A stretch of DNA of 62,517 bases from Gekko japonicus (lineage: Eukaryota). Each line of letters begins with the position of its first letter. Positions within the stretch are counted from its first letter, which is position 1. The notes beneath the pieces were generated by a model. The model did no database searches and was not told where the DNA came from. It worked only from the letters and a program-made list of their open reading frames with translations. The position numbers and the translations under genes are program-made. The stretch spans positions 252,320-314,836 of the forward strand of contig NW_015172070.1 of NCBI RefSeq assembly GCF_001447785.1, in the 5' to 3' direction. Positions 25,501-36,199 of the stretch are shown piece by piece.

Positions 25501-28500
25501 AACTTGTTTCCGTCAATAAGCCGTCACAGTGGCGTTTTGTTATTTTTTCCCCCCTAGAGAGTCAATGGGAAATACTTTGTAAAGCAGAGGCTTCCCATAA
25601 GGGCCATGTGTGCTCATCTTCATGACGAGCATCACCCAGCCTGAGCACAGGCGGAAGGAGAGAAGTCCAAGGAGATTCCCGCTGTGCCCACTTTGGGGCT
25701 CAACCGACAGCAAGCACACTGACCTTATAGTGCTGGCCCTGGAAATGCACGGTGAATGTGGAGGCATCTTCCCAGTGAGTGGTCAAGGAAGACACAGCTA
25801 AAGTTTCCTCCTGCAGGGGCCCAAAGGAAAGGCAAAGCTGCCCATACGGGGGCTCTGATGCATTAGGCACAAAGGGATGCGCTGCCGCCACCAGATGGCA
25901 CCCAAGCACATCAAAAACCGGGAAGGAGACAAAGAAGAGCATCACCTGATTATGTTTCCAAAGTCCCAAACCAAGGCCCACTCTGTGCTCCGTAACTGCT
26001 AGGCGCCCCAGCCCTTTTGCCTGATGGCCGGCAGCGTGGGTCGTCCCAGTGCACAGTTTTGGCCCCTTCCTGCAGCTCTCTGCTACTTCCATTTCACTTC
26101 TGCTCACTTCCTTTTCAGCCCTCTCTCTTCCTCTCTCGGATCCCTGGTTGTTGCCCACAGCACACCTCTCTGCACATCCCAGGGCAGATTATTCTTTCCC
26201 CTCCCCATAAGCGGAACTGGCTTGTCAGCTTCCCTCAATGTACCCGCACTGCTTGTCAACATTCTCTTCCTGAGCATTTCTCTTGCAGCGGCTAGCACAG
26301 GGGTGGCCAAACTGTGGCTCGGGAGCCACGTGTGGCTCTTTCACACATATTGTGCGGCTCCCAGCGGGGCAGCTGGGGAAGCAAAGGAGAGGCATCCCTC
26401 CCCAATTGGTCTTTCCTTCCCCAACTAGTTTTCTTTCCACCTTTCTTTCTCCCTTCCTTCCTTTCTCTCTCTTTTCCTTCCTTCCCCCTCCCTCGCTTCC
26501 CCATCTATTTGCTTTGTTTCTCTCTCTTTCTCTCTTTCCACCTCTTTCATTCATTCTTTCCACCTCTCTCATTCTTTCTTTCCACCTCTCTCTTTCTCTT
26601 AGACAAATAAATATCATTAGCAAACAAATAAAAGTCATTGGACAAATAGATATCATCAGGGGTCGTTTCGTAGAAAAAGAGCTAGGGGAACTCACTAGCA
26701 TAACTCATTAGCATATGCCACACCCCCTGACATCACCGGAAGTGTGTCATAAGGCCACACCCCCTGACATCACCGGAAGTGTGTCATAAGGCCACACCCC
26801 CTGACATCACCAGAAGTGTGTCATAAGGCCACACACCCCGCCTGGCTGCCAATGGCGGTCTTGCAGCTCCACTGCCGAGCCCCATGAGGGGCCCAGTGGT
26901 GGACCTGCAAGGCCGGCGGGAGTGCAAGGAAGCCCCGTGAAGGCCCTCCCTGGCCCTAGGCAGGCAGGGGTGGGGAGAGGTAGGGAGGAAGCAACTTACC
27001 CTCCCTCTTCTCCTGCCTCCTCCTGGCTGAATGAGGGCCGGAAGCAGGGCGGCCGGAAGCAGGGGGCGGGGCTTCGTCATGTGCCCCGCCCCCCGTACCC
27101 CGTACCTCATCCGGAGGAACTGTGATCCCCCGCGATCCCTCCCCGAAATGACCTCTGGATATCATTATCAATATCTGTTTTTACCCCTTTTGTTTTTATT
27201 TTTGGCAGTCCCGTTTAATGTTAATAAAAATGTGTGTGTAACATTTGTCTTGCAGCTCTCAGACTTCAGCTCTTTATTCTATGTGGCTCTTACGTTAAGC
27301 AAGTTTGGCTAGGAGGTTGTAAGAACATCACTGCAACTTCCCTAATGGTGCCTCCATGCAACACAGGCAGTAGGGACTCAGCCTTGACGCACAACCTCTT
27401 CGGCTGCCAGTTTCTTGGCACTCTGGGCTGTAGCATGGTGTGGCGGAAGTGGCAGGGGAAATCCAGGAGAGAGAGCCACATATATACTTGGATTGGGTCC
27501 AGAAAGGGAGAGGCCCTGGCACACCCCTGTGAAGCCAGACTTTTTAAGGCTGTCCCTCTAGGCTTCAGTCAAGATTATCCCAAAAAAAGTCTTACCAGTT
27601 CCAGGACCACAGTATTCTTTGGTGTCCGGCGAGTCTTCATGGGGATTTTCTTCTTCCTCTGGGATTTCTGGGTGGTTTCTAGGGGGGGGAATCTAAACGA
27701 TGAAAGAGACGGGATTGCAGAACTCTTCATTTATCTGTCTAGCATATTCTTTGCTTCGATTCTCCCCCCCACCCCATCTTTTAGTCCTCTTGTTGGCACC
27801 AGTAACGTTTCCAACTAGGTATCAAGCTACCCAGAGGGGCAGGCATGATACAGCCTGCTCTCATCAGATCTTATAAGCCAAGCAGGGCTGGATCTCAGTT
27901 GGGAGACCATCGTGGGAGACTCTGCAGAGGAAGGCAATGGCACACCAGCTCTGCTTCGTATTTGCCTTGAAAGCCTCTAGCTGAGGTTGCCTTAAGTCAG
28001 TTGTGACTTGACGGTAGGCATCAAGCCACCCTGTACTTTTCTCTTGGTGGTCTCCCATCCACGTACTAAGCAGAGCTGACCCTGCTTAACTTCTGAGATC
28101 TGACGAGGCCCAGCTAGCCTGGTCCATCCAGGTCAGGGCCATAAAACCCTACCAGAAGCACACTCAAGGCAGCTCACAACATAAAACCATTATTTGTTAA
28201 AATGTAAAAAGGTAAAGGTTTCCCTTGCTCGAAAGCCAGTCGAATCCGAGTCTAGGGGTGCGGTGCTCATCTCCGTTTCCAAGCCGAAGAGCCAGCGCTG
28301 TCCGAAGACATTCCCGTGGTCATGTGGCCGGCATGACTAAACACCAAGGCGCACGGAACGCTGTTACCTTCCCACCGAAGTGGTACCTGTTTATCTACTT
28401 GCAATTTCTTGCTTTCGAACTGCTAGGTTGGCAGGAGCTGGAACTAGAGACGGGAGCTCACTCCGTCATGCGGCAACTCGGGTCTCGAACTGCAGAACTA

Positions 28501-29103
28501 CTGACCTTCCACAGCCTGCAGTTCAGAGTCTTAACCACTTGAGCCACCGCAGCGCCTTGTTAAAATGTACCGCCATCTTTAAAAAAAAGTAACAAAGCCC
28601 ACCCACACACACACAAAGAAGGCCACAGCATAAACTGTTGGGTAGCCAAAATTATTCACGTAACAGTCTTCAGGCTAGAATCAGCTTGCAGAAAATGACT
28701 AAGTTCCCTAGTTAAAAGCCTGATTTGAAAGAAATATTTTGGTCTGGGGCCCCAAAGAGCGTAAATGCCAGGCGAGCCTCAGTGGGCGAGGACATTCCAC
28801 AGGCCCTCCCTTCATCTAAAAGACACAGGAGGAGCTACGTCTGAAGGACAGGCTGGAAATGAGCCACTGGGTTTGGGGTTTCTCTCCTGCGACAATTTGT
28901 TTTCAGAGATAGCTTTGTACCTCAATAGTCCCTACTTACACACAGAGAGGTGTTTCTACTTTTGGCGTACCATAGCGAATACCCTTCCGGCGTTGGCCAG
29001 CACCCTTCACTTTGTGTTGTTCCAGTGAACCTGTTCCAGTGACCGCTTTCTGTGCCCTGCCCCATCCCTCCTCCAGAGAGGTCCCATTTCCACAAGAAGC
29101 CAT
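16568..29103 (-). CDS. CTDSPL2/SCP4-like FCP1-homology (HAD) protein, predicted catalytically inactive; exons 29103-28940, 27692-27596, 25810-25724, 24552-24490, 20965-20886, 19175-19049, 17279-17184, 16627-16568 (774 nt, 257 aa)
   Basis: Spliced: MASCGNG...ETPLCV|FPPLETTQKSQRKKKIPMKTRRTPKNTVVLEL|EETLAVSSLTTHWEDASTFTVHFQGQHYK|VSFKLRPHLKEFLEELAKIYE|VFIFTAAKQDYADKILEAFGLQRKLIR|HGLYQEDCLCSQGYYIKDLSVLQRDLARTVAVANCLEAFPYQ|TSNVILIPKWLGSPQDKELLHLIPVLKRLTQV|DDIRAEIETKHRGKPTEEA*. It is collinear with the recalled CTDSPL2 phosphatase domain. All introns are GT-AG and in phase. The first exon is less certain. Confidence 0.85.
17562..17769 (-). mobile_element. hAT-type MITE family A
   Basis: Perfect 8-bp TSD CTCTTGGC. 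Other copies at 20505-20689, 21802-22471 (interrupted), 25274-25461, 30996-31199, 35031-35236, 41076-41281 and 57492-57610 (partial). Confidence 0.8.
19318..19667 (-). mobile_element. Sauria SINE, near full length
   Basis: (ACCTTT)n-type tail (AAAGGTAAAGG on +) and a tRNA-like head. Near-identical to 28208-28556 and 53390-53607. Confidence 0.85.
19985..20303. mobile_element. hAT-type non-autonomous element nested in a TAGGGTTGCC-family element
   Basis: TIR CAGTGATAGCGAAC / GTTCGCCACCACTG; perfect 8-bp TSD CTCTATGG. Confidence 0.75.
21957..22412 (+). mobile_element. hAT-type MITE family B (octamer/KLF/ETS-rich), nested in a family A copy
   Basis: TIR CAGGGGTCGTTTCG / CGAAATGACCTCTG; TSD AGCTGGAG/AGCTGGTG. 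Confidence 0.85.
22545..22818 (-). mobile_element. tRNA-derived squamate SINE, full length
   Basis: Reverse strand begins GAGAGCCAGTTTGGTGTAGCGGTTAAGAGCGG (A box) ... GGGTTTGATTCCCC (B box) and ends in a (TCT)n-like tail. Confidence 0.75.
23270..24312 (-). mobile_element. Possible solo LTR
   Basis: TGTGA...TCACA termini and an internal AATAAA on - (~23628). No convincing TSD. Confidence 0.3.
24604..24823. mobile_element. Representative of the abundant ~200-bp TAGGGTTGCC...GGCAACCCTA TIR family (many other copies, e.g. 16686, 21586, 29406, 35540, 40807, 54021, 56987, 59343)
   Basis: Terminal inverted repeat TAGGGTTGCC/GGCAACCCTA with a shared core (CCTGGAGA..TTTGG...TTTTCTCCAGGGGA.CTGATCTCTGT). 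Confidence 0.7.
26657..27157 (+). mobile_element. hAT-type MITE family B
   Basis: Same TIRs; perfect TSD GATATCAT; three 37-bp internal tandem units. Confidence 0.88.
28208..28556 (-). mobile_element. Sauria SINE
   Basis: Near-identical to 19318-19667. Confidence 0.85.
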
Positions 29104-29714
29104 TTTGCTTCACACTGGCACAGAGAACATCGGACAGTGACAGGCCTGCAACTGTTTTGGAGCCTAAAGCAGAAAACAGGAAAGAGGAAGGCAGCCCCAC
29201 AACATACTCACGCATTCAGAGCATCCACTTGGGGAGGAATGTCTGACTGGACTCCTCTCAGATTTGGAGAGTCGCCGCTCAGCTTCCATTTGGGCAACCG
29301 GAGGCTTTCTGTGTCTGCAGGAAGCACATTTTGGATACAGAGCAAGCCACCCCCCCCGGTACATTCTGCAGTGCAGCAACATATAGCGCCAGAGCAGCAT
29401 AACAGTTAGGGTTTCCAGCCTCCAGGTGGGACCTGGAAATCTCCCAGAATTTCAACTGATCTCCAGACAACTGATATCTCTCCCCCTGGAGAAAATGTAG
29501 AGTTGCCAGATCCAGGTTGGGAAATATCTGTAAAAGTTGGGGGTGGAGCCTCAGGAGGCGGGGTTTGGGGAGTGGAGGGACCAATAGGGTATAATGCCAT
29601 CGAGTCCACCTTCCAAAGTCACCATTTTCTCCAGGTGAACTGATCAATTGTAATCCTAGGAGATTTTCAGCCACCACCTGGAGGTTCACAACCCATACTT
29701 CATAGCATTATACC

Positions 29715-30026
29715 CAGAGGTCATTTCAGGGGGGAACGTGCAGGGGGCGGGGCACATGACGAAGCCCCGCCCCCTGCTTCCGGCCGCCCCGCTTCCGGCC
29801 CTCATTCAGCCAGAAGGAGGCAGGAGAAGAGGGAGGGTAAGTTGCTTCCTCCCCGCCTCTCCCCACCCCTGCCTGCCTGGGGCCAGGGAGGGCCTTCGCG
29901 GGGCTTCCTTGCACTCCCGCTGGCCTTGCAGGTTCACCGCCGGGCCCCTAATGTCAGGGGGTGTGGCATATGCTAATGAGTTATTCTAATGAGTTCCCTA
30001 GCTCTTTTTCTACGAAACGACCCCTG
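29715..30026 (-). mobile_element. hAT-type MITE family B, internally deleted
   Basis: Same TIRs in reverse orientation; perfect TSD ATTATACC. Confidence 0.85.
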
Positions 30027-30251
30027 ATTATACCTAGCTGAGGCCCCTCCCCAAACCCCATCCCTCTCAGACTCCACCCCGAAATCTTTAGGAATTTCCC
30101 AACCTCTAGGTGGAGCTTGGAGATCGTCTGCTATTGCAACTGATCTGCAGACAACAGCAATCAGTTCCCCCGGAGAAAATGGCTGCTTTGGAAGGTGGAT
30201 TCTATTGCATTATACCCACCAAGATTTCACCCTCCCTAGGTTCCACCCCTA

Positions 30252-30317
30252 GGCGGGATCTGGTCCATGGGGTCGCGAAGAGTTGGACTCGACTGTGCGA
30301 CTGAACAACAACAAGAA
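30252..30317 (+). mobile_element. Very short Bov-B 3' end
   Basis: GTCCATGGGGTCGCGAAGAGTTGGACTCGACT...(CAA)n, flanked by TSD GG(T/C)TCCACCCCTAG. Confidence 0.75.
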
Positions 30318-31966
30318 GGCTCCACCCCTAGAATCTCCAGGAATTTCCTAACCCAGAGGCGGCAACCCTAACCCTGACTCTCTTTTCTTTAGGAATTCCC
30401 ACCTCTACCGCCGCCACTGCACCTGGAATTAATTGCAACCAGGGGTGGGCAGGAACGCACCGGAACAGAGTTCTGTCTGGCTTCAGGGGTGGCCATGCCC
30501 ACTACAGTCAAAACCTCTGCATGCGTGGCTACAGAGGGAAGGCCTGGAGAGCGACACCCTCCCTGACGACTCCAAGGTGGGCACCTTCCCTTCCCTTCAC
30601 GGGGGGGCTTGCACGGGCTCCCCACAGCCATGGGCAAGCCAAGGGAAGGCATGGGGTGTGGCTTAATAGGCTAATGAGCTGTGCTGTCAGGGGTGTGACC
30701 TAATAGGCTAATGAGTCTGTTGTTGGGTGTGGCCTATTATGCTAATGAGTTCCTGCTGGGCTTTTTCTACCAAAAAAGCCTTGATTGCAACTATATTGCA
30801 CTTTCAAGGGCCACTTTCCACTCACATATATATTGGATCTGGGAACAGTTTGGGGACCTCAAGTAGTCTGTGAGCATTTGCATCTCAAGCCAGATCCTGC
30901 AGAGGATCACATCCAGGATCCCTCCCTTTTCTCTACTTCGAAGGCATCACCCACATCCTTCATCCTATCCAGGCACCAAGTATCTCAGTCATAACCAGTG
31001 TTCCCTCTAAGCAGAGTTAGTGTGAACTAGCGCAGTTTTTTAGCCTCCGGCACATGCTTTTTTGACTTAGCTTAGGAAGCATGGCTCCAGAGCAAACTGA
31101 TTTAGGCAGCGGCCAATTTGCTCGCTCACAACTTTAATGCCAATAGCTCACAAAGTAGAGTTTTTGCTCACAAGACTCCACAGCTTAGAGGGAGTATGGG
31201 TCATAATCCACATTCTTGTCCACGTACTCTGCGGGCACTCAAAGCGACTCACTGCCAGAACATTCCCTGCTTCAGCTTCCAGGACAATCTCTTGTTTCTA
31301 GGCCTGGCAACGCGACCTGTGGTTTTGTAGACATGTTTGCTGTTTTTAAAAGATCTATAATTTATGGCAGGTAACCTCATCTGTAACATATCCCTCTTCC
31401 AACATTGCTGACTCTGGTCTTGCTATAGTTTTATATCCACAGATATCGGGACCTAAACGGCCATAACGGGCTAAGAATAGACAGTGACAAGGATGTGCCG
31501 TGTTCCATCAGCTCTTTAACAGACCCATTTTCTTGTTAAACAAAGATTAAATCCACATAAACACCTATACATTGTGTCCTGTTTTAGCTGTCTTTTTTTG
31601 GGGGGGATCATACTTTCTGCAATGTGTCACACTTTCTCCTTTCAGCATCCTTGTTCTCAGATTCTTATCCATTCATTTGTTATCTTGCCCATCATCCAAG
31701 GAGCTCAGGCTGCCATTTAGGGTCCACTCCTCCTTATCGTTCTTCCCCACAACAGCCCCATGAGGTAGCAGGTTGTAGTCTTCTGGTGGGGCCTGGGGTC
31801 CTCTCAGAGATTGGTTTCCCTGGAGAAAATGGCTGCTTTGGAGGGTGGACCTATGGCTTCACATCCCTGCTGAGCTCCCGCCACTCCCCCATGCGCCCTC
31901 CTCGGGCTCCACCCCTAAATCCCCAGGAATTTCCCACCCAAGAGTTGGCAATTCTAGAGGTAAGAC

Positions 31967-32396
31967 CAGGGGTCGTTTCGTAGAAAAAGAGCTAGGGGAA
32001 CTCATTAGCATAACTCATTAGCATATGCCACACCCCCTGACATCACCGGAAGTGTGTCATAAGGCCGCACACCCTGCCCCCAACGGTCCCGGCCACCACC
32101 GCCGGCCTTGCAGCTCCACTGCCGAGCCCCATGAGGGGCCCGGCGGTGGACCTGCAAGGCCGGCGAGAGTGCAAGGAAGCCCTGCGAAGGCCCTCCCTGG
32201 CCCCAGGCAGGCAGGGGTGGGGAGAGGCAGGGAGGAAGCAACTTACCCTCCCTCTTCTCCTGCCTCCTCCTGGCTGAATGAGGGCCGGAAGCGGGGCGGC
32301 CGGAAGCAGGGGGCGGGGTTTTGTCATGTGCCCCCCCTGCACCTCACCCGGGGGAACTGCGATCCCCCGCGATCCCCGCCCCCGAAATGACCTCTG
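31967..32396 (+). mobile_element. hAT-type MITE family B
   Basis: Same TIRs; perfect TSD GGTAAGAC. Confidence 0.88.
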
Positions 32397-32483
32397 GGTA
32401 AGACGACAGACTGTGTCCAGCCCAAGAGAGGGGATAGGAACACAGGTTGGCCCAGTCTGAGTCTGGTACTCTAACCTCACATC

Positions 32484-32526
32484 NNNNNNNNNNNNNNNNN
32501 NNNNNNNNNNNNNNNNNNNNNNNNNN
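32484..32526. other. Assembly gap
   Basis: Run of N. Confidence 1.
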
Positions 32527-33522
32527 GGATCTAGAATGTCTCCTTTTCCTCAACAGTCAGCTGCCCTTAAGCTGCCGACTGGGAATTTGTTTGCAGCACT
32601 GATACTACAAACAGTGGGCTCGGTAGAGACTGGAAGTAGCTACCTCACTACCATCTCTTAAGGCATATCCGGAGCCATCTGGGACTGAACTGGACAATCC
32701 ATCTACCCTGATATTAACTACTCTGACTGATTGGCAGGGCAGTACTCAGGACGCTCAGGCAGAGAGAGGCCTTCCAAACCCTCAGCAGAGCCGCTGAAGG
32801 AGAGGGCTGGATGGGGGGACAATGTTCCAGGGGCGCTGGTCATTCTGGGGGTCTACGAGGCTGAGCGACAGCGTGACTTGTTTTCTTCATGCAAGGTTTG
32901 GGTTGGATTTTGGCAATAGGATAGGGTTGCCAGGTCTCAGCTGACCACCAGTGGGGAATGGGAGGGTAGGGATGCCAGCTCCAGGTTGGGAAACTCCTGG
33001 AAATGTGGGGATTGAGCCTGGGGGTGACAGGGACCTCAGTGGGGTACAGTGCCCATAGGGTCTACCCTCCAGCATTCATTGTCTCCAGAGGAATTGATCT
33101 CTGTAGTCTGGAGATGAGCTGGGATCCCCAGGAAGAGGGCCCTTGGTGGTTCTTGGCAGCTTGCCCCAAGATCCTTTATTAACTGGAGCAGAGGTCCATC
33201 AGTGGCTATTAGCCACAAGGTATAGATAGGGGCTCTGGGGCAAGTGATGCTCTGTCTTCTTGGTGCTTGGGGGGGGGTCAACAGTGGGAGGGCTTCTAAT
33301 GTCCTGGCCCCACTAGTGGACCTCCTGATGGCACCTGGTATTTCTGGCCACTGTGTGACACGGAGTGTTGGACTGGATGGGCCTTTGGCCTGATCCAACA
33401 TTGGCGTCTCTTATGTTCTTATGAAATGCTAAGGATTGAGTCCGGGGCCTTCTACAGGCACAGCAAGGGCTCTGCCACTGAAGCAACGGTCCCCCTATCT
33501 AAAAGCAGAACAGCATCATGGG

Positions 33523-33728
33523 CAGTGCTCCCTCTAAACTATGGAATCTTGTGAGCAAAAATGCTACTTTGTGAGCTACTGGCATGAAAGTTGTGAGCAG
33601 GTGATTTGTCTACTGCATAAATTAGTTTGCTCTGGAGCCCTCCTTCCTGAGCTGAGACAAAAATGTGTGAGCTGGAGGCTAAAAAACTGTGAGCTAGCTC
33701 ACACTAACTCAGCTTAGAGGGAACACTG
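33523..33728 (-). mobile_element. hAT-type MITE family A
   Basis: Perfect TSD ATCATGGG. Confidence 0.85.
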
Positions 33729-34382
33729 ATCATGGGTAGAGTTTTGCTCATGAAGTCGAAGCCACGTTATGAAGAGTCCATCCAGCTCAGCACCATCTCT
33801 TCTGACTAATAGCAGCTTTCCAGGGACTCTGGCAAAAATAAGAAGGTGTTTTCCTGAGATCTTTATATTGGGGCTCATCTTTTCGGTCTGAATTCTGGCT
33901 CTACATTCCTTTCCATGTCAGAGCAGGCGCCAGCCTAGTAAGACCAAGACCACCGAGCTGTGCTTCTTCTCCCCCTACAAGCTCTATAGTGTTATTTCCA
34001 GGACTTACTTTCTAACCTGGAAAAGGAAAAGTAGCTGGCAATTGGAAATGAGGCCTCCTCGCAGGAAGCTGACACTTCGCAGGATCCCTGGGAGTGCGCT
34101 GCAAAAGGCAATTCCATCAAAGCACCTGCTGGAGAGAGTGAGAGATGGTTAGTGGATGCCTCGGGAAGGGGCTATTTGCCCACTTGGGAGGGGGAGAGCC
34201 CTTCTAAACTGGGCATATAGTGCCATAGAGTCCCCCTTCCAAAATGGCCCTTTTCTCCAAGTGAACTGATCTGTCGCCTGGAAATCGAATCCTAGGAGAC
34301 CTCCAGCCACCCCCTGGAGGTTACAACCAGAGAGAACCATGGAAGAAGATTACACAACAAACAAAAATACTGTGGAGAATAA

Positions 34383-34937
34383 TGAAAACAAGCAGGCAAT
34401 ATATGTGTGTGTGTGTGAGAGAGAGAGAAAATGAAAATGCATTAACAATAATAAAGTCACAACTTTTCAGCATTCAGAGACAATGTCAACATTCAAAGGG
34501 CATATTGCATGTAGAAGTCCAAATCCACATCAAAGCAAGCCATAACAATCCACATGAAATAAAGCTGTCTGTAGAAATGAAGTGTGTGTGTGTGTAATAT
34601 TGCTCCAGCTCCAGCTGAACTCTCTGGATTTGTGAATATGAGGTTCCTGTATTCTCTTCTGAAGCAACGTTTTGCGAAACGGTTTCCAAGTCGACATTAG
34701 ATTCGTTAGGAAGAAAGGAAGAAAGAACATTCATATCTCACTGATAAGAATCACATACACAAGTGCTTCATTTCTACAAACAACTTTATTTCATGTTGAC
34801 TGTTATGACTTGCTTTGATATGGATTTGGACTTTTACATGCAATATGCACTTTGAATGTCGACATTGTCTCTGAATGCTGAAAAGTTGTGACTTTATTAT
34901 TCACACACACACATATATATTACTTACTTGTTTATCA
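34383..34937. repeat. Long imperfect inverted repeat (~200-bp arms, ~150-bp spacer)
   Basis: AATAATAAAGTCACAACTTTTCAGCATTCAGAGACAATGTC (34448) versus GACATTGTCTCTGAATGCTGAAAAGTTGTGACTTTATTATT (34861); the complementarity continues across both arms. Confidence 0.9.
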
Positions 34938-36199
34938 CCTTCAACTGTGGATGCCCAATTACATCCAGCTGCTGATATTTGGGACTGGGTCTCCTCCCCA
35001 CAAGTTATAGTCATTTGATTTAATCATACCCAGTGTTCCCTCTAAGCTGAGTTAGTGTGAGCTAGCTCACAGTTTTTTAGCCTCTGGCTCACGCATTTTT
35101 GTCTCAGCTCAGGAAGGATAGCTCCAGAGCAAACTAATTTATGCAGTAGCCAAATCACTTCATCACAACTTTAATGCCAGTAGCTCACAAAGTAGAATTT
35201 TGACTCACAAGACTCCACAGCTTAGAGGGAACATTGACACCCCCCCCCCAATTATGAACCCTGTGGGAAAAAAGACACAGAAGCCCCTTGGGGGAAAGAA
35301 GACCCCAGTTTAAGAGGACAATAACATTTCTGCTATTCCCGCCCACCAAACATGTGCTAGGTGCTGTACAGAGGTGCCCCTCCACTAACCTGTCAGCGAA
35401 CAAAGCAAGCATTCAATTGAACCTCCCAAGACAACCAGGATGGTTCCTGGAGAGAGAGAGAGAAGGTGGTATTAATTAATACCTCTGCTAAGCGGAATGG
35501 CCTTTTTGTGCATTTAAAGGGACAGGGTACCTTTTTATTACAATAGAAATGCCGGCCTCCAGGTGGGTGGTGGGGATCCCCCAGAATTACAGCTCATCTC
35601 CAGACAACAGAGATCAGTTCCCCTTGGGGAAATGGGTGCTTTGGAGGGTGAACTCTACGGCATTGTATCCCACTGAGACCCCTATCCTCCCCAAGCTCCA
35701 TTCCCAAAATCTCCAGGAGTTTCCCAACCTTGGTCTGTTAACCCCACCACCCCATTCCCCTGCCAGTGGGCGGGGGGGGGACCTGGCAACCCCAATTGTA
35801 AAACAAAACCCAGATGACCATTTAAAACACAAACCAACCCACACCTTTGTGAGCATCCCAAAGTGGCTTTTAGGGAGGAGAGACCTGGTTTTCTGAGCTC
35901 ATCGGCATGGGACATGCTTGGTTGTAAGTGTCACTGAATTTACTTCCTAGGAATAGGGTCACCAGTTCTGAGTTGGGGGGGAAACTGGAGATTTTGGGGG
36001 TGGAGCCCGAGGAGGGAAGGTTTTGGGGAGGGAAGAGGCTTCAATGGAGTATAGTGCTGTACAGTCTACCTTCCAAAATGTCCATTTTCTCCAGGGGAAC
36101 TGATACCTGGAGATCAGTAGTAATCGTGGGAGATTACTACTCAGGATTACCTATCAGAATGCCGGACCCTAAGCAGCCAGCTAAGGGACAGGGGTTATC

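Larger units (their letters stand above)
29212..31380 (-). other. Candidate upstream exons of the CTDSPL2-like gene (31380-31253, 29314-29212)
   Basis: MRLPAINYRSFKNSKHVYKTTGRVARPRNKRLSWKLKQGMFWQ|HRKPPVAQMEAERRLSKSERSPVRHSSPSGCSEC, with GTGAGT donors and matching phases. CTDSPL2 also begins MRL (recalled). The link to the main CDS is interrupted (see findings). Confidence 0.45.

Noticed and set aside
26701-26830. 37-bp repeats resembling a CRISPR array
   Set aside because: Head-to-tail units without spacers, inside a eukaryotic MITE.
29110-29112. In-frame TGA as selenocysteine or programmed read-through
   Set aside because: No SECIS recognised in the 3' UTR, and the position is in a non-conserved region; decay or re-initiation is simpler.
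28922-29215. Alternative open frame (GSKTVAGLS...NTSLC) for the first CTDSPL2-like exon
   Set aside because: It ends in phase 0, which fits neither acceptor near 27692/27679 unless the 8-G run is a sequencing error.
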